From: an uncultured delta proteobacterium
GTDB taxonomy: Bacteria > Myxococcota_A > Polyangia > Polyangiales > Polyangiaceae
Direction: 5' to 3'
NCBI GenBank assembly: GCA_963806225.1
Contig: CAWDXG010000004.1
Location: 2,464,001 to 2,528,000 of the forward strand
DNA: 64,000 nt
Shown here one piece after another: positions 40,630 through 51,500 of this stretch (position 1 is its first letter; each line of letters begins with the position of its first letter). Under the pieces are notes generated by a model that made no database searches, was not told the DNA's origin, and saw nothing but the letters and a program-made list of their open reading frames with translations. Made by a program: the position numbers and the translations under genes.

Positions 40630-43600
40630 ATGTCGTTGCTCCGGCTGCTGGTCGCATTGCCCGTTGTGCTGGTCATCGCCGGTTGCGGATCGCAGCACCG
40701 GGAGGCTTCGCAGTCGTTCCCGGATGCGGGGACGGCCGCGTCGCGCGCGCTCGTCGCGAGCGCGCACCCGGCGCTCGCAGGCATGGCGGATCCGGCCAGG
40801 CGCGCCGCGCGGATTCGCGCCGCACAGACAAACCCAGGCCCTGGATACGGCGTCCGCCTGGACGGTGAGGCGGTCCGCTTCGCGGGAATCTCGCTCCGGC
40901 TCTCGAATGCGCCGAGCGTGACGTCGCGCAAGGTCGAGGCCAATCGCGCCGCGCTGGAGCGCGGTGCGGGGCTCCGCGAGTGGTACCGGAGCGGGCCGCT
41001 CGGTCTCGAGCAGGGCTTCGACGTCGCGGTGCCGCCGGCCGGCGGCGAGATTGCCATCAACGTCGCAGTCGGCGGCGCGATTCCGCTGCAGGCGGGCGAC
41101 GGCCGAGATCGCTCTCGCGGACGCCGCAGGTCGCCTCCGCGCACGCTACGGCGAAGCTTTCGCGCGCGACGCGGAGGGCAAGGCGCTGCCGGTGCGCCTC
41201 ACCGCGAGCAACGACGGCATCGCGATTCGCGTCGCGGCGCGCGGCGCGACGTTCCCGGTGGAGATCGATCCGCTCATGTGGCTGACGCAGGCCAGGCTCG
41301 TGGCGAGCGACGGGGCGAACCTCGACACGTTCGGCAGCTCGGTCGCGCTGTCGGGCGACACCGCGCTGGTCGGGGCCTACTTCAAGAACAACGGGACCGG
41401 CGCGGCGTACGCGTTCGTGCGCTCGGGCACGACCTGGTCCGAGCAGCACAAGCTCGTCGCCCCCGACGCGGCGGCGGACGACTATTTTGGCCGCTCGACC
41501 ACGCTGTCGGGCGACACCGCCCTGGTCGGGGCTTCTGCAAAGAACACCGAGACCGGTGCGGCGTACGTGTTCGTGCGCTCGGGCAGCACCTGGACCGAGC
41601 AGCAGAAGCTCGGCGCCTCCGACGGTGCGAGCGGCGACCAATTCGGGTACGCGTCCGCGCTGTCGGGCGACGTTGCGCTGGTCGGGGCTTTTGGAAAGAA
41701 CAACGAGACCGGTGCGGCGTACGTGTTCGTGCGCTCGGGCACGACCTGGACCGAACAGGAGAAGCTCAGCCCCTCCGACGGCGCGAGCAATGACAGGCTC
41801 GGCAGCTCGGTCGCGCTGTCGGGCGACACCGCGCTGGTCGGCGCGTCCAGGAAGAACAGCTCTACCGGCGCGGCGTACGTGTTCGTGCGCTCGGGCACGA
41901 CCTGGACCGAGCAGCAGAAGCTCGTCGCCTCCGACGCGGCGACGGACGACTATTTCGGGCAGTCGGTGGCGCTGTCCGGCGACACGGCGCTGATCGCTGC
42001 AAGCGGGAACAGCTCCACCACCGGTGCGGCGTACGTGTTCGTGCGCTCGGGCACGACCTGGACCGAGCAGCAGAAGCTCGTCGCCTCCGACGGCGCGACG
42101 GGGGACTGGTTCGGCGGCTCGGCCGCACTGTGGGGCGACACCGCGCTGATCGGCGCGTACCGCAGGACCGGCTACCCTGGCGCGGCCTATGTGTTCGTGC
42201 GATCGGGCGCCACGTGGACAGAGCAGCAGAAGCTGGTGGCGATCGATGCCGCGGCCGGTGACTACTTCGGGTACTCCGCGGCGGTGTCGGGCGACACCGC
42301 GCTGATCGGCGCGATCACGAAGAACAGCGGCGCGGCGTACGTCTCCGTGCTCTCGGATTGCGCCAGCGGCTTCTACGCGGATGGCTATTGTTGCGACACC
42401 GCGTGCACGGCGGCGTGCCGGACGTGCAGCGCGACGCCCGGCACGTGCACCCCGGTGACAAACGCCGAGGACGTGGACACCTGCGCGGGCAGCAACACAT
42501 GCGACGCCAGCGGCGCGTGCAAGAAGAAGAACGCATGGCCGTGCAGCACGGGCGGTGAGTGCGCGAGCACGTTCTGCATCGACGGTCACTGTTGCAACAG
42601 CGCCTGCGCGGGCAGCTGCGAGTCGTGCTCTTCGGGTACCTGCTCGCCACGCCCGCCGTCGGCAAGTGTTCCGTCGTGCGCGCCGTACCGCTGCGACGGT
42701 ATCAGCGGCGCATGCCCCACAAGCTGCGCCTCCGACATGTACTGTAGTGGGAACGATTTCTGCGACGCGAACGGCGCGTGCTTGCCGAGGAAAGCGCAGG
42801 CCTCCGCCTGCGCGGCAGACAACGAATGCCTATCCTGGCACTGTGCTGATGGCTACTGCTGCGACGCCGCCTGCTCCGGCCCGTGCGATCGCTGCGACGG
42901 GGCAGACCAGGGCTGGCCCGGCACAACGAACGGCACGTGCGTCATCGCGCCGGCGGGCTATCCCGGTGATCCCGCATGCACGGCGTACGCATGCACCGGC
43001 TCGAACCCGACGTGCACGGGTACCCAGTGCTCCGGGGATAGCGATTGCGCGACCGGATACTACTGCGCCGACAGCGGCACGTGCGTGGAGCAGAAGGCAG
43101 AGGGCGCGAAGTGCAACGACGCGGCCGGCGTGAACTGTCACGAGGCAGGCTGCCGCGTGTGCGCGACCGGCCATTGCGTCGACGGCGCGTGCTGCGACTC
43201 GGCGTGCGACGGCCAGTGCCAGGCGTGCGATATCAGCGGCAGCGAGGGCACGTGCAGCCCGGTCACGGGCGCACCTCACGGTGCGCGCCCCGCCTGCGCC
43301 GGCACTGGCGTCTGCCAGGGTGCGTGCGACGGAACGACGACCGATGCGTGTGCCTTCCCGGACAGCACGACGGCATGCGGCGCGGGTAGCAGCTGCGACG
43401 GGCAGGGCACGTGTGTGGGAGCGGCCGGAACCGGAGGCAGCGGCGGCGCAGGCGGCGTCGCGGGCTCCGGCGCAATGGGCGGCACAGTGTCAGACGGCGG
43501 TCCCGACACGGACGGCGGCTCTCCGGCCGGGAGCGGAGACGAAAGCGGCTGCGGCTGCGCCGTGCCCGGCGGCTCGCACACCAACTCTGCGGCATGGCTG

Positions 43601-43660
43601 CTGCTCGGGCTCGGGTTCTTCGCGGCACGAAGTCGGCGATCGTCGGCGCGGCGGCCGTGA
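40630..43660 (+). CDS. FG-GAP (integrin-alpha-like beta-propeller) and Cys-rich surface protein with MYXO-CTERM (frameshift near 41100)
   Basis: About 7 repeats of FG.SVALSGDTALVGA......GAAYVFVRSGTTWTEQQKL.ASD, Cys-rich C.DG.CC...C repeats, and a C-terminal GCGCAVPG + TM + Arg tail. Confidence 0.85.
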
Positions 43661-43766
43661 TCCCCCGCCCGCCTGCGCCCGCAGCGCCCCCCGCCGCTGC
43701 CACAGGCGACGAGCATCAACGAAAGCAGAACACCAGCCAAAGGAGGCGCGCTCGGCGGAGCGACCG

Positions 43767-45560
43767 TCAACCCTGCGGCTTCTTCTTCGACTTGTGCGAC
43801 TTGAACGGCTTCGGCTTGTGCGGGCGGTCGAAGCGCGGGGGCCTGCTCGCGTCGAAGGGGCGGCGCCTTTCGCCTGCAGGGCGGCTGCTGCCGGTGCCGG
43901 GGCGCGCCCGGGAGAGCGGCACGCCGCGACCGCGCAGCTGTAGCGTCTGGTGTTCGCGCAGAAGGTCCTGCCCTATCTCCGCCGGCACGCGCACGAAGCT
44001 CTTGTGCTCCTCGACCGTGATGCGGCCGATAGCCTTGCCCGGCACGCCTGCGTCGTTGGCGATGGCGCCCACGATGTCCTGCGGGCGCACGCCGCGTGCG
44101 CTGCCCACCGGCAGGAACAGCTCGACCTCGTCGCCCGCCGGCGCGCCGCGGGGCGGGTGGCGACCGGGCTCGAAGCGCGGCTTGGGCCCGGGTTTCTGTG
44201 GGAACTTGTGCGGGCGGGCCCAGATCGGCGGGCGCTCGTCGGCCGGGCGCTCGAGATCGAGCCCGCGCGCGCGGGCAAGCACGTCGAGCGCGGCGATCAG
44301 CGCCGCCCGCTCGCCGCCCTTTTCTGAAAGCGCTTCCGCCAGCGCGCCCAGCTCCGGCGCCGGCTCGCGTTCGAGCGCGCCGGCTATCTCTTCCCGTAGT
44401 CGAGAGACTTGCCGCGTGCGGATCTCCGCATCCGACGGCACGGCGAGCGGCTTGATCTCTGCTCCAAGCGCCCGCTCGAAATAGCGCAGCCGTCCGACCT
44501 CGCGGGGCGACACCAGGCTCGTCGCGATGCCCGCCCGCCCCGCGCGCCCCGTGCGCCCGATCCGGTGCACGTAGCTCTCGAGATCCGTCGGCAGGTCCAG
44601 GTTGATGACGTGCGACAGGTGCTCCACGTCGAGCCCGCGCGCCGCTACGTCGGTTGCCACCACGATGTCGATGCGTCCGCTGCGCAGTCGGGTCAGCACC
44701 AGCTCGCGCGCGCCCTGGTTCAGATCCCCGTGCAGCGCTTCGACTGACAGGCCGCGCGACGCCAGCGCGCCCGCCGCTTCGGCCGCGCCCGCCTTCGTGC
44801 GCGAGAAGATCAAGGTCGCGTCGTGCGGCTCGGCGGCGATAAGCCGCGCCAGCGCGTCGGGCTTGTGCGCCTCGGGCACCAAGAGCCAACGCTGGGTGAT
44901 GTGGTGCGTCGAAAGCGCCTGCTGCTCGACCTGGATCTCGATCGGATCGCGCAGATACTTTGCGGCGATGCGACGGATGGGGTCGGGCATGCTCGCCGAG
45001 AACAGCGCGACCTGCCGCTCCGCAGGCGTCGCCGCGAGCACGCGCTCCACGTCGTCGATGAAGCCCATGCGCAGCATCTCGTCCGCCTCGTCGAGCACCA
45101 GCAGCTCGAGCTGCGACAGATCCAACGTGCCGCGGTCGACGTGGTCGAGCACGCGTCCAGGCGTTCCCACTACGACCGACAGACCCGCGCGGAGCGCTCG
45201 CAGCTGCTGGCCGTACGGAACACCGCCGTAGAGCGTGACAACGCGTACCGGCAGCTTCCCGACCAGCGACTTGAGCGCGTCGGTCACCTGCAGCGCCAGC
45301 TCGCGGGTGGGCGCCAGCACCAGCGCGCGTACCTGCTTGCCGCCGTCCTTGAGCCGCTCGAGCAGCGGCAGCCCGAACGCCGCCGTCTTTCCTGATCCCG
45401 TGCGCGCGCGCCCGATCACGTCGCGCCCGCTCATCAGCGCAGGGATGGCCTGCGCCTGGATCGGCGTCGGTTCGTCGAAGCCCAGCGCGGCAACGGCCGA
45501 CAGCAGGCGGGCATCGAGAGCGAAGTCCTCGAACGACGAGGCCGGTTGGGTAGTGGGCAT
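43767..45560 (-). CDS. deaD: DEAD-box RNA helicase (DeaD/CsdA type with DbpA domain)
   Basis: PTPIQ, ARTGSGKT, PTRELA, GTPGR, LDEADEML, ATDVAARGLD, YVHRIGRTGRAG, and C-terminal VRPQDIVGAIAN...IGRI. Confidence 0.9.
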   Translation of the reverse strand: MPTTQPASSFEDFALDARLLSAVAALGFDEPTPIQAQAIPALMSGRDVIGRARTGSGKTAAFGLPLLERLKDGGKQVRALVLAPTRELALQVTDALKSLVGKLPVRVVTLYGGVPYGQQLRALRAGLSVVVGTPGRVLDHVDRGTLDLSQLELLVLDEADEMLRMGFIDDVERVLAATPAERQVALFSASMPDPIRRIAAKYLRDPIEIQVEQQALSTHHITQRWLLVPEAHKPDALARLIAAEPHDATLIFSRTKAGAAEAAGALASRGLSVEALHGDLNQGARELVLTRLRSGRIDIVVATDVAARGLDVEHLSHVINLDLPTDLESYVHRIGRTGRAGRAGIATSLVSPREVGRLRYFERALGAEIKPLAVPSDAEIRTRQVSRLREEIAGALEREPAPELGALAEALSEKGGERAALIAALDVLARARGLDLERPADERPPIWARPHKFPQKPGPKPRFEPGRHPPRGAPAGDEVELFLPVGSARGVRPQDIVGAIANDAGVPGKAIGRITVEEHKSFVRVPAEIGQDLLREHQTLQLRGRGVPLSRARPGTGSSRPAGERRRPFDASRPPRFDRPHKPKPFKSHKSKKKPQG

Positions 45561-45734
45561 GCGAAAGGCGGCGAGCGGAGGGGGGTGCGTACTACGGGAT
45601 TTGCGGCCGGAGCGCCAGGATCGCCCAAATACCTCGCGCAGCCAGGCGCCCGGCGGGGCCTCCGTGCTGGCGGCGGCGAGCAAGTGGAGAGCGCGCGTTG
45701 TACCGCCGCCGCCAGTCGGTGAAGCCCGGCCCTG

Positions 45735-45779
45735 CATTGACGGCCATCATGTTCCGGGCCGTTCTCTGATTGTCTGCTG
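45735..45779 (+). repeat. 45-bp element containing an FNR-like box (copy 2), upstream of the radical SAM gene
   Basis: CATTGACGGCCATCATGTTCCGGGCCGTTCTCTGATTGTCTGCTG. Confidence 0.85.
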
Positions 45780-45815
45780 ACGGAACCATGAAACGCCGGG
45801 ACCTACGCTCCCGGC

Positions 45816-47702
45816 ATGAACAACGAAAAAGCGCCCCGCGTCCTGTTGACCAGCGTGGTCCGTCCCTTCGGCGGACCCGGCGAAGGCGACTCGGTCGGCG
45901 CCGAGCTGTTCCACGCGCAGGTCACCCGCGCCCAGGGCCCCTTCAGCCTGCGGCAGGTGATCCGCGTCTGGGCCATCGACTACCTGGCCGAGAACATCCA
46001 GGCCCCGGCGGTCACGCTGCACTATCCGTCGAAGCGCGAGCTCATCCGCGAGCTTTCGACCGGCAACTACACGCACGTGGGCATCAACTTCGTGGTCGCT
46101 ACCTTCCACAAGGTGCGGGAGATGGTGCCGCTGATCCGTCGCTATGCGCCGGACGCGAAGATCATCCTCGGCGGCTACGGCACCGTGCTGCCCGACGACG
46201 TGCTCGCCGAGTGGGGCGACGCGATCTGCCGCGAGGAAGGCATCGGATTCTTGAGGCGTCTGCTGGGCGAGCCAGCGGACGCGCCGGTGCGGGCGCCGCA
46301 CGCACCGATCCCGTCCGTGCAGGTTCTGTCCTACCAGCTGCCGAGCGTCGTCGGCCACGTGACCGCGGGCCTGGGCTGCTCGAACGGCTGCGACTTCTGC
46401 TGCACGTCGCACTTCTTCAAGCAGAAGTACGTGCCCTACCTGGAGTCGGGGCGCGAGATCTACGAGGCGCTGTTCCAGACCCGTGCCCGGGCACGTGCCG
46501 ACGGGCATGAGATGAACGGCTTCATCGTGATCGACGAGGACTTCTTCCTGCACCAGCGACGGGCACGCGAGTTTCTCGACTGCGTACGCGAAGGCGGCGA
46601 GTCGTTCGGCCTGATGGGCTTCGGCAGCGTGCGCGGCCTGTCGCAGTTCACTGCGCGCGAGGTCGGGGAGATGGGGTTCGACCTGATCTGGAACGCTTTC
46701 GAGGGAGCCGAATCGGGCTACCGGAAGCAGCAGGGCAAGTCGCTGCCGGACCTCTACCGCGACCTGAAGAGCGTCGGCACGGCCCAGCTCACGTCGATGA
46801 TCATCGGCTTCCCGTACCAGGACGAACAGACCGTCTGGCGCGAGTTCGACCAGCTCATGGAGCTCGAGCCCGGACTCACGCAGTGCCTGATCTACTTCGC
46901 GTTCCCGGGCACGCCCTTCCACGCGCAGGTGATCGGCGAAGATCGCTACCTGGAGAAATTCCGCACCGCGCCCGATCTGCGTCGCTGGGACGGCTTCGCG
47001 ATGCACTTCAAGCACCCGCACTTCGACGGCCCGGCCGCGGTGGAAAAGCTCCAGCGCGCAATCTACCGGGAGGATTTCAAACGGCTCGGGCCGAGCCCGC
47101 TCCGGCTCGCCCGCGTCTGGCTCACCGGCTACGAGAACCTGAAGGACGACGAGAGCCCGCTGCTCAGGGCGCGCGCGGAGCGGCTCAGGCACGACGCGCG
47201 CGGCATCCTGCCCGCGATCAGCGCCACGACCGCCTTCGCCCCGAGCCCGGAGGTACGTGCGCGCGCCGAGGCGCTGCGCCGCGACATCATCCGGCTGACG
47301 GGCGAACCGACGGCACGCGAGCGGGCGATGGAGGCCGCCGCGCCCGCGATGTACCTGGTGTCCCGCGCGGGGCGCGCGCTCAACCTGATGCAGCAGCCCG
47401 GTCTGCTCCGCACCGAGCACCGCACCGGCTCCGCGACCGCCACCCAGCACACGCGCCACACGATGCGGCTGCAGGGCGGTGTGTTCGCCAGTCCGGCCCG
47501 CACGCTGTTCGAGGATCTGGCCTACAACGGACGCCGCATGCTCGCCCGCGTGCTGCCCGATCCGCACGCGGGCACTCCCGGCTTCAAGAGCGTGACGACG
47601 CGAAGCGGCGAGCTGCCGCATTCGCTGCCTGTCATGCCGGCAGAGGCACCCGCGCCGGAGTGCTCGGCGAGTTGTGGGATGCAGCCGGCGGCTCAGCCGT
47701 AG
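45816..47702 (+). CDS. B12-binding domain / radical SAM protein
   Basis: N-terminal Rossmann-like YTHVGIN...KIILGGYG, GCSNGCDFC (CX3CX2C), IDEDF, MIIGFP, FPGTPF. Confidence 0.85.
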   Translation: MNNEKAPRVLLTSVVRPFGGPGEGDSVGAELFHAQVTRAQGPFSLRQVIRVWAIDYLAENIQAPAVTLHYPSKRELIRELSTGNYTHVGINFVVATFHKVREMVPLIRRYAPDAKIILGGYGTVLPDDVLAEWGDAICREEGIGFLRRLLGEPADAPVRAPHAPIPSVQVLSYQLPSVVGHVTAGLGCSNGCDFCCTSHFFKQKYVPYLESGREIYEALFQTRARARADGHEMNGFIVIDEDFFLHQRRAREFLDCVREGGESFGLMGFGSVRGLSQFTAREVGEMGFDLIWNAFEGAESGYRKQQGKSLPDLYRDLKSVGTAQLTSMIIGFPYQDEQTVWREFDQLMELEPGLTQCLIYFAFPGTPFHAQVIGEDRYLEKFRTAPDLRRWDGFAMHFKHPHFDGPAAVEKLQRAIYREDFKRLGPSPLRLARVWLTGYENLKDDESPLLRARAERLRHDARGILPAISATTAFAPSPEVRARAEALRRDIIRLTGEPTARERAMEAAAPAMYLVSRAGRALNLMQQPGLLRTEHRTGSATATQHTRHTMRLQGGVFASPARTLFEDLAYNGRRMLARVLPDPHAGTPGFKSVTTRSGELPHSLPVMPAEAPAPECSASCGMQPAAQP

Positions 47703-48335
47703 GCGAGCCGCTCGAGCGCGTCGGAGTCCGCCACCTGCACGGGGCGAGAACGCGGAAATAGCCCCTTCGGAGCGCAGGCGCGCCAGCGCGCGGGACAGCG
47801 TCTCGGCGCTCATACCGAGCGTGCGAGCGAGCACGCGCTGCGGCATGTCCAGCACCGGACCGTTATTCTCGCGCTGGCGCAGGAGCAGGAAGCGAGCGAC
47901 CCGCTCGACGGCAGTGCCGCCGAGCTGCGAGCGCTCGGTGCCGCGCTGTCCCGCTTCACCCAGAGCCAGCTCGAGCAACGCGCCGCCCGGCGTGTCCAGC
48001 CGCCCGACCCACGCCTTGACAGCGCGCGCGTCCAGCGCGCACGCCTTCACGTCGGTCAACGCCATGGCGCGGTAGGGCGACGGCGCGCCCGTGAGCAGCT
48101 CGAGCCCGATCATGTGACCGGCCGAGCGCACAGCGCACCACAGCTCTGCGCCACTCTCATCGGTCGCCCTGAGCAGCACCTGGCCGTCGCGGATCAGCCA
48201 CGCCGACGTAGGCGGCTCGTTCTGTTCCACCAGCAGGCTTCCGGGCTTCTTCTTGATTTCGTAGAAGGGGCAGGATTCCGGCTGTGACGCGCGTCCGAGA
48301 ACGCACTCCTGGCACTGTGCAGCAACGTCGTTCAT
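47693..48335 (-). CDS. Crp/Fnr-family regulator with FNR-like Cys ligands (frameshift near 47743)
   Basis: N-terminal CQEC-X10-C, cNMP-fold (GQV.L...IGLELL...Y.AMALTDVKAC) and HTH LGMSAETLSRAL. Removing one C from the CCCC run gives ...SPVQVADSDALERLAYG-stop at 47693. Confidence 0.82.
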
Positions 48336-48390
48336 GCCCTCGAATTTGCGCCCTCGAGCGAACCCCAGGCAAGCCGGGCCGCCGGCGTTG

Positions 48391-48404
48391 TTGACGTCCA
48401 TCAT
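48391..48404. promoter_or_regulatory. FNR-like box TTGAC-GTCC-ATCAT upstream of the fnr-like gene
   Basis: 8/10 match to TTGAT-N4-ATCAA, with the same variant as at 32015 and 45737. A second box ATGAC-ACAT-GTCAT lies at 48470-48483. Confidence 0.6.
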
Positions 48405-48532
48405 TTGGACGTCGGCGCGCGCTCACCCCCGATCATACCGACTTTGTCGCATGACGGGCCGCTCCGGGAATGACACATGTCATGCAAGGCCGGACCGGGA
48501 GCCCGCACACTGGTCAGGTGAGGAGGTGCGGG

Positions 48533-51500
48533 ATGAAGGTCGAGCTCATCTGGTCCAAGCGCGCGCTGGTCTGGCTTATTCCCGCGCTGCTGACGCTCGG
48601 CGGATGTTCGCGACGGGACTACGGCCCGAGCTCCACCTACTACGACCGTCACGTAGCGCCGACGCTCCAGGGCGCCTGCGTTCGCAGCCCGACAGGCTCC
48701 AGCTGCCACGTCACCGCCGACACGCACGGCAACGCCCTCGGCAACCTGGACACGTCGGGCTACAACATGGTCGCCAAGCGTCGCGACCTGCTCCAGAACT
48801 ACGGGCCGTACGGCATGCCGGAGCTGTTGGTGAAGGTGGTGCCGCCTTTCCAGATGCAGCTGACCGCCTGGGACGGGACCGTCACCGACGTGACCACGGA
48901 CATCCCGCACGCGGGCGGCTCTCTGCTGGACTTCGGGTCGGCGAGCTTCGTGACGATCTCGCGCTGGCTGGCTCGCGGGGCCCAGGCGAACAACGTCCCA
49001 CCCCGGCAGCCGAAGCTGACGCTCTCTCCGTGCAGCGACCGCCTCGGGCACGACACGCTGTTCGACCCGTCCGTGGCTCCGTCCACCGCCGACTATTCCA
49101 CATTCGTCGACAAGGTGAACGACATCCTGTCGACGAAGTGCGCGGCAGGCAACTGCCATGGATCGGCCGAGAACTCGTTCTACCTCACGTGCGGCACCAG
49201 CAACGAAGAGAAGCGATGGAACTACTTCGCCGCGAGTGACTACGTCGCAGCGGACGCACCGACCAGCGAGCTCCTGCGCCGCGCGCTCGACCCGGCGTAC
49301 GGCGGCACCTTCCACGAGGGCGGTTCCTTCTTCTCCTCTCCCCAGGCTCCGGACTACCAGGCGATTTTCGCGTGGGCGAAGAAGAAGGGCGGCCCCAGTC
49401 ACATCCCCACCGACGCGGGCTTCGACTTCTTCGCCAAGCGGGTACAGCCCCTGTTCGCCAAGAAGGGCTGCATGCTGCTCGGCTGCCACTCGCCCGCGGC
49501 GTTCAACAGCTTCCGCCTGCGCGCCGGCAGCGCCGGACACTTCGGCCTGCCCGCGACCCGCAACAATTACCACGCGGCGCTGGCGCAGGTCGCGCTGGAG
49601 TCACCGGACCCCAACAAGAGTCGCATCCTGCAGAAGAACCTGCCGCTGTACCCGGCGGGCGCGGGCATCCGCCATCGCGGCGGTTCACTCTTCGCGGCAG
49701 GCGGTGATCCTTCGGCGTGCGACCTGGACGCGGCCCGGAGCGGCCCGCTCGACCAGCAGGATCCCTACTGCGTGCTGGTCGCCTGGATCGAGAAGGAACG
49801 CGCGGCGCGCACCGCGGCACTCGCACCGTTGTCGGCCATCGTGTACGTGAAACGTCCGCCCGCGCCGCTGCCCGACAGGCCGCAGGACTACGCAACCTAC
49901 GCGCCGGGGGCCGACCTGCGCATCGCCGACGCATCGCTGGACGCGTCGGGCGCGCTCGTGATGGGCGGTGGAGACCGGAGCCTGCTCGCCGGCTGCGGGC
50001 TCGACCCGGCGACAGCGGACGTGCGACGCCCGGCAGTGTCGTGGGACGGCAAGCTCATCGCCTTCGCGGCACGGAGCGCCGCGGCCGGGCCGTTCCACGT
50101 CTACACGGTGCTGCCGGACGGCAGCGACTGCAAGCTGGATCCAATCATCAATGCGGCGCCCACCGACGACAACGGCAAGCCGGTGCCGGACAACGGCGAG
50201 CTCGTCCACAACTTCGACCCCGCGTTCGCCCCCGACGGCAGCCTGGTGTTCGCTTCGACCCGTGGCAACACCAAGAACACCGCCGCGTTCGACTACCAGG
50301 GGCCGCAGCGCACGCCGGCCGATCCCTCGAAGCTCAACGCCAACCTGTACGTGAAGCAGGACGGCCACGTGCGGCAGCTGACGTTCCTGTTGAACCAGGA
50401 GATCGCGCCGTCGTTCGAGATCAACGGACAGCTGCTGTTCTCGGCCGAGAAGCGCACACCCGGTTTCTACCAGCTCGCCGGGCGCCGCCTGAACCTCGAC
50501 GGCGGCGACTACCATCCGCTGTTCGGTCAGCGCGGAAGTATCGGCTACGACCAGGTGCTGGATCTAGTGCAGCTGGTGGATCGCGACTTCGCCGCCATCC
50601 TGAGCGACCGCGGCGCCGCGCACAGCGCGGGCACTGTGGTCGTGCTGAACCGCTCGCTCGGCCCCGACCAGTACAGCAAGAACCCCGAGGACTACCCGGC
50701 CAACCCGGACGCGATGCACTTCGTCTCGCCCTCCTTCTTCCAGCACTCGATGACGTTCCCCGATGCGGCCGCCACCGGACACGTCGGCAAGCCGACCCGG
50801 GGCGCATACCGTGACCTCTCCGTATTGCCCAACGGCAACCTGCTCGTCAGCTACGCAGCCGGCGTGACGAACCTCGCGAAATTCGACGGCGGCTTCGACG
50901 TGGTCGAGCTCGATCCGGTGAGCGGCCAGCGCACACCGCTGTTCGGCGCCCCGGCTACCGACGAGCTGTGGCCTGTCGCGGTCTACGGCCGGGTCGACCG
51001 CGGCGTGTTCCACTCCACACCGAAGGACCCAGCGGGCAGCGCCGTCATCTACACCCAGGACGACGGACAGCCGCGCGTCGATCGGGCGCAGCTCACGTAC
51101 ATGGACTTCCCGATGATCACCAGCCTGATGTTCCAGAACACGCGCGGTGGCCGTCCCATGCAGCCCATGACCTCGTTCCAGCTGTGGGAGGATCTGCCGC
51201 CGAAGGGCGTCACCTCGCTCGACCAGTCGAGCCCGTTCATCACCAGCGACGAGTACGGCAAGCTCTACGCGCGCCGCCGGCTGCTCGGCAGCGTGCCGCT
51301 GCTCGCCGACGGATCGACCCGCGTGCAGATCCCGGGCGGCATGCCGGTCAGCTACGCGGTGGAGGCCAAGCTGGAGGGCGACGACAAGCCGCGAGTACAC
51401 CAGCAGCGCGAATCCATCCAGTACTACCCCGGCGAATGGGTCACGCTCTCCTTCCGCCACGAGATGTTCAACGGGTTCTGCGGCGGCTGCCACGGCTCGC

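Noticed and set aside
1815..47745. Programmed frameshifting or mass pseudogenisation (breaks near 1820, 4040, 4405, 31817, 41100, 47743)
   Set aside because: All six breaks are a single extra base, mostly in short homopolymers, in unrelated and otherwise intact genes. This is the pattern of long-read sequencing error.
45747..48404. 885-aa minus-strand ORF as a Crp/Fnr fusion protein
   Set aside because: Artefact of the frameshift near 47743, which reads through antisense to the radical SAM gene.
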